Part shown: piece by piece, positions 46,903-54,644 of the stretch
Layout: each line of letters opens with the position of its first letter
Numbering within the stretch: the stretch's first letter is position 1
Assembly: GCA_041158505.1 (NCBI GenBank)
Contig: JBEBBG010000009.1
Coordinates: 5,157 to 69,156 of the forward strand
DNA from: Candidatus Parcubacteria bacterium
Lineage (GTDB): Bacteria > Patescibacteriota > Minisyncoccia > Phycocordibacterales > JAACPR01
Direction: 5' to 3'
DNA length: 64,000 bases
The notes under the pieces: generated by a model
The model's input: the letters and a program-made list of their open reading frames with translations, nothing else
Told to the model about the DNA's origin: nothing
Databases searched by the model: none
Position numbers and translations under genes: made by a program

Positions 46903-48466
46903 TATGTCTGAGATTAAAACATTTAAATTTGATAGCAAAAATTTCGATGAAATTCGGGCGTACAAATTTGGTACAAATTGGCCCGTGGTTTACCTCATTG
47001 AGGATGGAAAAGAAATCTATGTAGGAGAGACCGTAAATGCATACCAGCGGAGTAAGCAGCACTTAGAAAACGCCGCTCGTGCGCGTCTTAAACGCATTCA
47101 CATTATCGGTGACGAAGAGTACAACAAATCAGCAACTCTCGATACAGAATCGTGGCTTATTCAGTACATGTCTGCTGAAGAAAAGTTTGTACTTCAAAAT
47201 GGAAACCGGGGCCTCAAAAATCACAGCTACTTTGATCGTGAAAAATATAGAGCAAAATTCGAACGAACATGGCAAAAGTTAAAAGAGATGGCCATCGTCC
47301 AAAAAGATTTAGTGCAGATTCGCAACAGCGACATTTTTAAATATTCTCCATATAAAGCACTGACGCAAGATCAAATGCTTGTTGTGCGAAAAATTGTAAA
47401 GCACCTTATTTTACAAAAAGAGCACACGTTTATCATTAATGGAAAGCCAGGAACAGGGAAAACAATCCTTGCTGTCTATCTCATAAAATACCTAAAAGAA
47501 CGAGAGGAAACAAAGCATTTAAATGTTGCCCTTGTGGTACCCATGACCTCACTTCGAAAAACAATTCAGAAGGTTTTCCGAAAAGTTTCTGGGCTCAGTT
47601 CTAGTATGGTAATTGGTCCAAACGACGTCACCAGCAAACAGTACGATTTACTTATTGTTGATGAGGCGCACCGATTGCGCAGGCGTGTGAATATCACAAA
47701 TTTTCGTTCGTTTGATACAACTAATAAAAAACTTGGTTTTACAAATGAAGGTACTGAGCTTGATTGGGTTTTGCGCTCGGCAAAAAATCACATTTTATTT
47801 TACGACAAAAACCAGAGCGTTCGCCCCTCAGACATACCCCATGCCCGTTTCGACGCATTAGAAGCAACTCACTTTGAACTAGAGAGTCAGTTGCGAGTAG
47901 AAGGCGGGGAAGAGTATGTAACTTTCATTGATAATCTTTTTGACACAGCTGTACAAAACAAAATAGCTATCAAAAACTATGATTTTAAGTTGTATACGAA
48001 CATTGTTCAGATGGTTGAGGATATAAAGCAAAAAGATAAGGAGTTTGGTTTGTCTCGAATGGTTGCCGGTTATGCGTGGAACTGGAACACAAAACGCGGC
48101 GGAGAATATGACATTGATATCGACGGACTAAAACTTACGTGGAATAGTAGCGCAAGCGACTGGGTAAATTCACCGAATGCACTGAATGAAGTTGGTTGTA
48201 TTCACACAGTGCAAGGATACGATCTTAACTATACCGGCGTAATTATTGGACCAGAAATTTTTTACAATAAAGAAATTAGAAAGATTTGCGTAAGTCCGCA
48301 AAAATATAAGGACATCAACGGCAAGCGCTCAGTCTCTGATCCCGAAGAATTAACTCGATACGTCATCAATATTTATAAAACATTAATGACTCGGGGTATT
48401 AAAGGGACGTACGTATACATTGTGGACCGAGATTTACGAGAATATATAGAATCTCAGCTTGTCTAG
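46880..48466 (+). CDS. GIY-YIG nuclease domain fused to a DUF2075-type P-loop (SF1 helicase-like) ATPase
   Basis: GIY-YIG: VVYLIEDGKEIYVGETVNAYQRSKQHLEN. Walker A INGKPGTGKTILAVYL. Walker B/DEAH LLIVDEAHRL. C-terminal GYAWNWNTK...IHTVQGYDLNYTGVIIG, typical of DUF2075. Overlaps the upstream gene by 23 nt. Confidence 0.7.
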   Translation: MQSTQNYSMSEIKTFKFDSKNFDEIRAYKFGTNWPVVYLIEDGKEIYVGETVNAYQRSKQHLENAARARLKRIHIIGDEEYNKSATLDTESWLIQYMSAEEKFVLQNGNRGLKNHSYFDREKYRAKFERTWQKLKEMAIVQKDLVQIRNSDIFKYSPYKALTQDQMLVVRKIVKHLILQKEHTFIINGKPGTGKTILAVYLIKYLKEREETKHLNVALVVPMTSLRKTIQKVFRKVSGLSSSMVIGPNDVTSKQYDLLIVDEAHRLRRRVNITNFRSFDTTNKKLGFTNEGTELDWVLRSAKNHILFYDKNQSVRPSDIPHARFDALEATHFELESQLRVEGGEEYVTFIDNLFDTAVQNKIAIKNYDFKLYTNIVQMVEDIKQKDKEFGLSRMVAGYAWNWNTKRGGEYDIDIDGLKLTWNSSASDWVNSPNALNEVGCIHTVQGYDLNYTGVIIGPEIFYNKEIRKICVSPQKYKDINGKRSVSDPEELTRYVINIYKTLMTRGIKGTYVYIVDRDLREYIESQLV

Positions 48467-48505
48467 TACTGTTTTTAATTTTAGTTCTACAAAAATATTT
48501 ATTTA

Positions 48506-48533
48506 TTGAAATTTCACATAAATGTGGTATAGT
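48506..48533 (+). promoter_or_regulatory. putative sigma70-type promoter, TTGAAA-16-TATAGT
   Basis: Read directly, 10 nt upstream of the HicB-like ORF start. Confidence 0.3.
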
Positions 48534-48542
48534 GCTTGTACT

Positions 48543-48815
48543 ATGAATGAGCAAGATGTACGGGCCGCGTTGAAAGCCTTTTTGGGCGACAAAATTCTTA
48601 CGTTTACCGTTGAGGACCACCCGAACGGTGAATGGTCTGCAATCTGTAATGAAATTCCAGCAATTATTACAGGAGGAGATGCCCAAGATCGTAATGAAAA
48701 AGAGGCGCTTATGCGTGATGCTATTTTTACAGCAGCGGGTATCCCAAAAGCATTTTGTAATGACGCGCTCTTGCGCGATGCGTCACTCCAGGTTGCAGCG
48801 TATGCAGTTTCATAA
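48543..48815 (+). CDS. hicB: HicB-like antitoxin (UPF0150 fold)
   Basis: ...ILTFTVEDHPNGEWSAICNEIPAIITGGDAQDRNEKEALMRDAIF... matches the HicB/UPF0150 pattern (E.DGGY.A..PELPG..TQGDT.EEAL.N.REAI). Confidence 0.55.
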   Translation: MNEQDVRAALKAFLGDKILTFTVEDHPNGEWSAICNEIPAIITGGDAQDRNEKEALMRDAIFTAAGIPKAFCNDALLRDASLQVAAYAVS

Positions 48816-49143
48816 TCGCCACTCACATCAAGCAATCACACTTGAATACGGCGGTTTAGTTGATAGATTAAAAAATACTAAGCAAAAAGACTGGATTAAA
48901 GCATGCCGTTCTCTCGGCTTGGTTGTGCAGGAAGACAGAGGAAAAGGAAGCCACTGTCGAGTTGTCCGAAGTGAAGATTGCAATCCATCGGAACCAGATT
49001 GTTTAGTGATGACTATTCCCAGAACACAGCTCTCGGCAAACCAACGAGCGCACGTTAAGCAATTAGTAGCATTCGGTCTTGCATATGATCGATACACCGA
49101 AAAAGATGTCTGGGAAGCATTGGGAATTAAGATTAAGCACTAA
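48802..49143 (+). CDS. hicA: HicA-like mRNA interferase toxin (YcfA family)
   Basis: ...DWIKACRSLGLVVQEDRGKGSHCRVVRS...LVMTIPRTQLSANQRAHVKQLV... resembles HicA (..L...GF......GSH......T.P.H). Overlaps the HicB stop by 14 nt. The true start is uncertain. Confidence 0.5.
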   Translation: MQFHNRHSHQAITLEYGGLVDRLKNTKQKDWIKACRSLGLVVQEDRGKGSHCRVVRSEDCNPSEPDCLVMTIPRTQLSANQRAHVKQLVAFGLAYDRYTEKDVWEALGIKIKH

Positions 49144-49183
49144 CTACGCATGTTCAGCAGCCAAATGCTATACTTACCCCAAC

Positions 49184-50005
49184 ATGCATAAACACATCAC
49201 CCACACAGCGTTACTCCTCGCTCTATTATGTACCAGCATCAGCGCACAACCAGCACACGCCGCAACAGAGGCACCACTTCCTGAAGTTGTGGCAAATGCA
49301 ACGTTTGCCATTGTAGATGGGCGAGATTTAAGGCCGCTACCAACCAACACTGTTTTCTATAAAAACGATAGCATCAATGTGTCGCTCGATTTGGTGACAC
49401 CACACGAGAAGGTTCAGGTGGAATACTTTTTGGTAAACGCAAAGGGTAACAAGAAGGTGAAGCTCAATCCAAAACCAAAAAAGATAACACTCGAAGAAAA
49501 TTCACAGGGATGGGGTATCGGCCAAATCGTTACTCAGGAACCAGGGACGTACTACTTTTTGGTAGACATGAAAGTAGGAAAGAAAACCTACAAGCTTAAA
49601 ACGCAGCCGTTTGTGGTGAAAGCGACAACGGCAGCCGCAGCTGACGCAGCAATTCCTGAAGACCTTAGCATCGCCCTTATACCGTTGGAATTCTCGCAGA
49701 CATCCGCAGATCGTGAGTACCGCCTTAGCTTTACTGCACCAGCAAGTCGGCGAACAAACGACCTGACTGGCGCACTCCATGTGACCTGCTCACAAAAAAT
49801 TACCCTATACGAAAAGGGAGGTAGCACGACGTGTGACAAGAAAAAGCGAATGGTCTATGCATCGCTCAATAACTTAGATGCGAACTTTCTCGTCGATGCC
49901 GATGACCTGCAAAAGCCAGTAGAAATCAAAGCTGAGTTTATCCTCAAGAATGCAAAGAATAAAACAGTCGCGAAGCTCAAAGACTCACTCTACGCGGCTT
50001 TGTAG
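49184..50005 (+). CDS. hypothetical secreted protein
   Basis: Signal peptide MHKHITHTALLLALLCTSISAQPAHA. Lys-rich beta-strand-like repeats. Confidence 0.45.
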   Translation: MHKHITHTALLLALLCTSISAQPAHAATEAPLPEVVANATFAIVDGRDLRPLPTNTVFYKNDSINVSLDLVTPHEKVQVEYFLVNAKGNKKVKLNPKPKKITLEENSQGWGIGQIVTQEPGTYYFLVDMKVGKKTYKLKTQPFVVKATTAAAADAAIPEDLSIALIPLEFSQTSADREYRLSFTAPASRRTNDLTGALHVTCSQKITLYEKGGSTTCDKKKRMVYASLNNLDANFLVDADDLQKPVEIKAEFILKNAKNKTVAKLKDSLYAAL

Positions 50006-50088
50006 GCGACCCAAGCACCACGGTTCGGTAAGTCGGCATAATTGACACCACTCCCACGACCCGTACTATAGACGCAAATAGAAAGGAT

Positions 50089-50108
50089 GGGGCATAAAGC
50101 CCTTTTTG
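50089..50108 (+). terminator. short hairpin GGGGC-ATAAA-GCCC followed by TTTTTG
   Basis: Read directly downstream of 49184-50005. Confidence 0.35.
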
Positions 50109-50109
50109 A

Positions 50110-50667
50110 TTGACAGTTATGGAAAAGCTCATTGTTATGGCGTTGTTTGCGCGTGGCGGTTTTTCGGAGCAGTTGGTCACCCAATTTGGTCAGATTATTT
50201 TCTCATGGAACATCTCGCGTTCCAGAAGGAAGGAAGTGTTTCTCACCGGCGAAGTCGTCGGAGGAGACTACATGACCAATGCGCGTGATCGTGGTCCGGA
50301 GCTGCTGCCGATGGCAAAGTTTGAAGCTGACATTCCACGCGCCTGCATGCAAGGACCGGAAGCGTTCACCAAGAGCGTGACGCATCTGATGACCGCACAC
50401 CTCGCCTGTGCACGGTTTAGCGCTGGAGGAACAGTTCGGGTAGGCCCACAGCTTGGCGGAGTATCGTTTGGAGGCATTCGCCCTGTACTCGTACAAGCGA
50501 CATTTCTCGGGCAAACCATCGTCCTGATGCCGGACAAACCTGAGGAAGCCCCCGGCTCTCCCAACGAAAAACCCGCCTCCGCAGAGGCCGAGCAACCCAA
50601 CGGCGAGAGCCCAATTGACACCAACAACCCCGTTGTCCGCAATATCCTCACAGTGCCTGGCGGCTAA
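50110..50667 (+). CDS. hypothetical protein in a GC-rich segment
   Basis: 185 aa, Gly/Ala/Pro-rich. Composition differs from the flanks. No motif. Confidence 0.4.
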   Translation: MTVMEKLIVMALFARGGFSEQLVTQFGQIIFSWNISRSRRKEVFLTGEVVGGDYMTNARDRGPELLPMAKFEADIPRACMQGPEAFTKSVTHLMTAHLACARFSAGGTVRVGPQLGGVSFGGIRPVLVQATFLGQTIVLMPDKPEEAPGSPNEKPASAEAEQPNGESPIDTNNPVVRNILTVPGG

Positions 50668-50714
50668 AAGCCATTGGCGCCGCGAGGACATTTTCTTTTG
50701 ACTTTTTACTCGTT

Positions 50715-51635
50715 TTGTTGTATTGTGCTATACGAAATACAGTGCGCGGCATGGTGCCAAACACTGCAAACCTCAAACCCGTTCTCTCACCAATGAAAAT
50801 TCGTTTCACTCTCTGGGCCCTGATGGGCCTTGTCCTCCTGATTGCTCTCGTGCTGCTGAAGCGCGACCTTGCCACCGATCTGTCGGCGGGCAAACGTGCC
50901 ACAGTCGTCGCCCTCTTTGCGATGTGCACTGCGGTGTCAGCATACGGTGCGGTTCACTTTGGACTGCGCCGTGCGTACCAAAACATGCATCAGCCGTTAC
51001 CACCACAGGTAGTGATTGCGTTTCTGCTCTTCTATGCAGTGACTATCGCTGTGTTTGTGGCGGCCGTCGAAACCGGCCAGCACCAGATTCTGAAATTGCT
51101 CTTGTTGACCAACCTGAGCATGTTTGGAACGTCTGCCCTCTACTCAGGGCTTATCGTCTGGTTGCTGCGCAAGCAGCGGCTGGAAGTGCCCATGCTCACG
51201 CAACTGCGTGAGCGGTACGGCAATGTCCTCATGCTCGACAGCGAGGACATCACCAGGGCAACGTCTCGCAGCACGATGGTACACCGGAGCATTCACCCAG
51301 ACATATCGTTTCCCGCTAATTCTTTTTGGGAGAAGGAAGGGTACATCCTCAAGAACGTGCCGTGGGATACATTGGACATTCCGCGTCTAATTCTGGACTA
51401 CTGCATGTTTCTGGCCTTTACCGGCGAGACCATCCAGAAGGATGGAGCAAACAGAAACCCAGTGACGAATGCCGCAACGGAGTTCGTCACGTACAACGAC
51501 AGCACCGCCGAAGCAACCTTACACAGGCTCTGCTTCTCGACCACAAAGGATGGTTCCTGCACGATCTTCATCGTGAAGACTTGCTCTGTGGAAATCCTCG
51601 GAACGCCGGTTCGTACGTTTGTGAGCGCTCTGTGA
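50715..51635 (+). CDS. hypothetical membrane protein in a GC-rich segment (start uncertain; MKIRFTLWALMGL at 50793 is an alternative)
   Basis: About four TM helices followed by a soluble C-terminal domain. No motif. Confidence 0.45.
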   Translation: MLYCAIRNTVRGMVPNTANLKPVLSPMKIRFTLWALMGLVLLIALVLLKRDLATDLSAGKRATVVALFAMCTAVSAYGAVHFGLRRAYQNMHQPLPPQVVIAFLLFYAVTIAVFVAAVETGQHQILKLLLLTNLSMFGTSALYSGLIVWLLRKQRLEVPMLTQLRERYGNVLMLDSEDITRATSRSTMVHRSIHPDISFPANSFWEKEGYILKNVPWDTLDIPRLILDYCMFLAFTGETIQKDGANRNPVTNAATEFVTYNDSTAEATLHRLCFSTTKDGSCTIFIVKTCSVEILGTPVRTFVSAL

Positions 51636-51655
51636 ACGAACTCCGTGGCACCGAC

Positions 51656-51689
51656 AAGGTTCCACGCCCGTCCCGCCACCCAGCGGGAC
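51656..51689 (+). terminator. rho-independent terminator GTCCCGC-CACCCA-GCGGGAC + ATTTTCTTTT
   Basis: Perfect 7-bp stem followed by a T-rich tail, immediately after the 51635 stop. A similar tail GGACATTTTCTTTT recurs at 50687. Confidence 0.5.
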
Positions 51690-51711
51690 ATTTTCTTTTA
51701 TTGAATTAAAG

Positions 51712-52350
51712 CTACAGCGCACACGCACCATCTGCCCACAATCCTTGCTGTGCGGCACGAGCAGCCTCCTCGGCTCGCACAAATGCATCTTGATACTGGT
51801 AGGGCACTGCATCGTCATAGGTGTACTCGTACGCGTACCCGTGGGCGATCATCAATTCATTCAAAGAGCTACTGCTATTTTCTAAAAACACATACGCGAG
51901 CGTCCGATCATATGCGTCAGTCATGCCTTGCGATTCATCAAAAACAAGCGTGACCACGTGTCCTTCTGCACGTGCCTGCAAGTACACTGCCGCCTCCTTT
52001 CCAAAGCACTCCACGGGCTTAGTAGGGTGTACCGACTCGGGCGTATCAATGCCAATGAGCCGTACCCGCGTCTGTTCTCCTTCACGAGCCGCAATCAATG
52101 TGTCACCATCAACCACACGAAGTACGTACCACTGATCAGGCGCAAGGGGAGGAAGAGCCGCTGCGGTCGTGTCCGATGAAGCAATTTGCTCACCTGCACG
52201 TTCTTCCGCGCGCACAGCAGTATCCAACGTAGTACTAAGGAATGCTTCAAACTCAGATTCTGCACCAAGCACACTCGCAACAACACCCGCCGCAACCAAG
52301 AGTACTGCAGCGATGACGGCTTTTACTTTAGGTGATCCAGTTATACCCAT
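51712..52350 (-). CDS. secreted thermonuclease (staphylococcal nuclease/SNase-like)
   Basis: Signal/TM AVIAAVLLVAAGVVASVLG. SNase core WYVLRVVDGDTLIAAREGEQTRVRLIGIDTPE...KPVECFGKEA...YDRTLAYVF... Confidence 0.75.
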   Translation of the reverse strand: MGITGSPKVKAVIAAVLLVAAGVVASVLGAESEFEAFLSTTLDTAVRAEERAGEQIASSDTTAAALPPLAPDQWYVLRVVDGDTLIAAREGEQTRVRLIGIDTPESVHPTKPVECFGKEAAVYLQARAEGHVVTLVFDESQGMTDAYDRTLAYVFLENSSSSLNELMIAHGYAYEYTYDDAVPYQYQDAFVRAEEAARAAQQGLWADGACAL

Positions 52351-52403
52351 GCAGCCATTCTACTACGAGCGCGGCAGACATCGATGCACGGTATACTAGG
52401 GCA

Positions 52404-53510
52404 ATGAAAAAGCGCCCGATCGACATGCCGCTCCTCGTCTTTGTGAGCATTTTGGTGATTGCGGGTTTTATCATCTTTCTTTCTGCAGCGCTTGGCATTA
52501 CCGCAAGCAGCCAAACTAAGTACTCGTCAATTGTCTTTAATCAGCTCGTCCTTGGGCTCATCTGTGGTGGTGGCGCGGCACTCGCAGCTGCGTACCTGCC
52601 ATACATGCACTGGCGCAAATGGTCATTCTGGATGTTTATTGCCTCAATTATTGTCACGCTTGCCGTTTTTATACCAGGGCTTGGTATGGAAGCCGGTGGC
52701 GCAACGCGCTGGTTGCGGCTTGGCCCTATTTCATTTCAGCCATCTGAATTTCTAAAAATTGCATTCGTGCTGTACTTTGCAACATGGATTTCAATGGTAG
52801 GGAAAAAGGGAATTAAAACCTGGAAGTTTGGGTTTTTGCCGTTTGTTATTTTGGCAACAGTGCTCTCCGTCGTCATGCTTGCACAACCAGACACCGACAC
52901 ACTCGTCATTATGCTCGTTGCAGGTGCAGCAATGTACTTTGTGGCAGGCGGCCCAATCAAACACTTCCTCATTCTTGGACTCGTTGGCGTTATCGGTCTT
53001 TCGTTACTGATTCTGTCACGCCCATACCTCATGGACCGTATCATGACCTTCGTCCATCCAACCCAAGCAGACGAACAAGGATCTGGATACCAAATCAGAC
53101 AGTCACTAATTGCAATCGGCTCAGGTGGTTTTGCAGGGCGCGGCTTCGGACAGAGCCTACAGAAGTTTAACTACCTGCCAGAACCAATTGGCGACTCAAT
53201 TTACGCAGTGGCAGCAGAAGAGTTTGGCTTCCTTGGTGCATGTGGGCTGATTATCTTGTTCTTTCTCTTTGCCTGGCGTGGCCTCAAAATTGCCTCCAGG
53301 GTACCCGACACCTTTGGTGGACTAGTCGCCGTTGGCCTTGTTATACTCATTACTACCCAGTCCTTTTGGAACATTGCGGCCATGCTTGGCGTTATCCCGC
53401 TATCGGGGCTACCGCTGCTCTTTGTGAGTCATGGAGGTACCGCACTGTTCTTTACGCTCGTTGCCACGGGTATTTTGCTCAACATTTCCAGGTATCAGAA
53501 AACACCGTAA
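52404..53510 (+). CDS. ftsW: SEDS-family peptidoglycan glycosyltransferase FtsW/RodA
   Basis: Ten TM helices. ...RWLRLGPISFQPSEFLKIAFVLYFA... and ...IAIGSGGFAGRGFGQS...PEPIGDSIYAV (SEDS signature). Start taken at MKKRPIDMPL. Confidence 0.8.
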   Translation: MKKRPIDMPLLVFVSILVIAGFIIFLSAALGITASSQTKYSSIVFNQLVLGLICGGGAALAAAYLPYMHWRKWSFWMFIASIIVTLAVFIPGLGMEAGGATRWLRLGPISFQPSEFLKIAFVLYFATWISMVGKKGIKTWKFGFLPFVILATVLSVVMLAQPDTDTLVIMLVAGAAMYFVAGGPIKHFLILGLVGVIGLSLLILSRPYLMDRIMTFVHPTQADEQGSGYQIRQSLIAIGSGGFAGRGFGQSLQKFNYLPEPIGDSIYAVAAEEFGFLGACGLIILFFLFAWRGLKIASRVPDTFGGLVAVGLVILITTQSFWNIAAMLGVIPLSGLPLLFVSHGGTALFFTLVATGILLNISRYQKTP

Positions 53511-53513
53511 CGT

Positions 53514-54644
53514 ATGAAGATTATTTTTACAGGAGGAGGCACCGGCGGACACTTCTATCCGATTATTGCTATTTCGCAAGAAATTAGAAATATCGTCAAG
53601 GAACAGAAATTGCTCGAACCAAAACTCTACTTCCTTGCGCCACACCCATACAGTCCAGGACTTCTCTACGACAATGGCATTGAGTACAAGCGCGTGTATG
53701 CCGGTAAGGTACGCACCTACGCCTCACCGCTCAATTTCTTCGACAAGTTCAAGACGTTTGCCGGTATCCTCAAAGCAATGTGGACGGTCTTTTGGATTTT
53801 CCCAGACGTCATCGTTAGTAAGGGAGGGTTTGGTAGTTTTCCAGTAACGGTTGCTGCACGCATCCTTCGTATTCCACTCATCATTCATGAATCAGATAGT
53901 GCACCAGGGCGCGCAAACGCGTGGGCAGGGAAATTTGCACAAAAGATCGCCGTCTCATATGCGGATGCAGGACAGTATTTTACACATCGTGACAGAGTTG
54001 CATGGACAGGTAATCCGATTCGTGAAGAGATCAAGCACAAAGCAGTTGAGGGAGGGTACGAATTCCTCGAGCTCGAAAGTAAGCGCAAAACAATTCTCGT
54101 ACTTGGTGGTTCACTCGGTGCAAAACGAATCAATGATGCCATCCTCGATGTTCTTCCAGACCTTCTCGAAACCTACCAGATAGTACACCAAACAGGTAAG
54201 CAGCATTTTGATGAAGTGACAAAAACAGCCGCATTCCTCGTCCCCGAGCAAGAAAAGCAGGCTCGGTACAAAGCCTTCCCATATCTTAACGATGTTGCCA
54301 TGCGCGTTTCTGCAGGTATTGCAGATCTCATTATCACACGCGCAGGTTCAACGCTCTTTGAAGTTGCAAACTGGGGCGTGCCAGCAATTGTTATCCCCAT
54401 TACAGACTCAAACGGCGACCACCAGCGTAAAAATGCATTCGCGTACGCTCGCGCCGGAGCAGGTACCGTCATTGAAGAAAACAACCTCACCCCGACAGTT
54501 CTCAAACAAGAAATTACCCGTATACTAGAGGACCCTTCGGTAGTTGAGGCAATGCAGCAGGGCGCTGGAACATTCGCTAAACCAGAAGCGGCACGCACCA
54601 TTGCAGAAGCAGTTATGAGCACTATTCTACGACACGAAAAATGA
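53514..54644 (+). CDS. murG: undecaprenyldiphospho-muramoylpentapeptide beta-N-acetylglucosaminyltransferase MurG
   Basis: MKIIFTGGGTGGHFYPIIAI... and the C-terminal ...ADLIITRAGSTLFEVANWGVPAIVIP... Confidence 0.85.
   Translation: MKIIFTGGGTGGHFYPIIAISQEIRNIVKEQKLLEPKLYFLAPHPYSPGLLYDNGIEYKRVYAGKVRTYASPLNFFDKFKTFAGILKAMWTVFWIFPDVIVSKGGFGSFPVTVAARILRIPLIIHESDSAPGRANAWAGKFAQKIAVSYADAGQYFTHRDRVAWTGNPIREEIKHKAVEGGYEFLELESKRKTILVLGGSLGAKRINDAILDVLPDLLETYQIVHQTGKQHFDEVTKTAAFLVPEQEKQARYKAFPYLNDVAMRVSAGIADLIITRAGSTLFEVANWGVPAIVIPITDSNGDHQRKNAFAYARAGAGTVIEENNLTPTVLKQEITRILEDPSVVEAMQQGAGTFAKPEAARTIAEAVMSTILRHEK

Noticed and set aside
50203-50691. Minus-strand ORFs of 162 aa and 127 aa antisense to 50110-50667
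   Set aside because: GC-rich DNA yields long antisense frames by chance. The plus orientation fits the operon direction and terminators. The coding status of the plus gene itself is only moderately confident.
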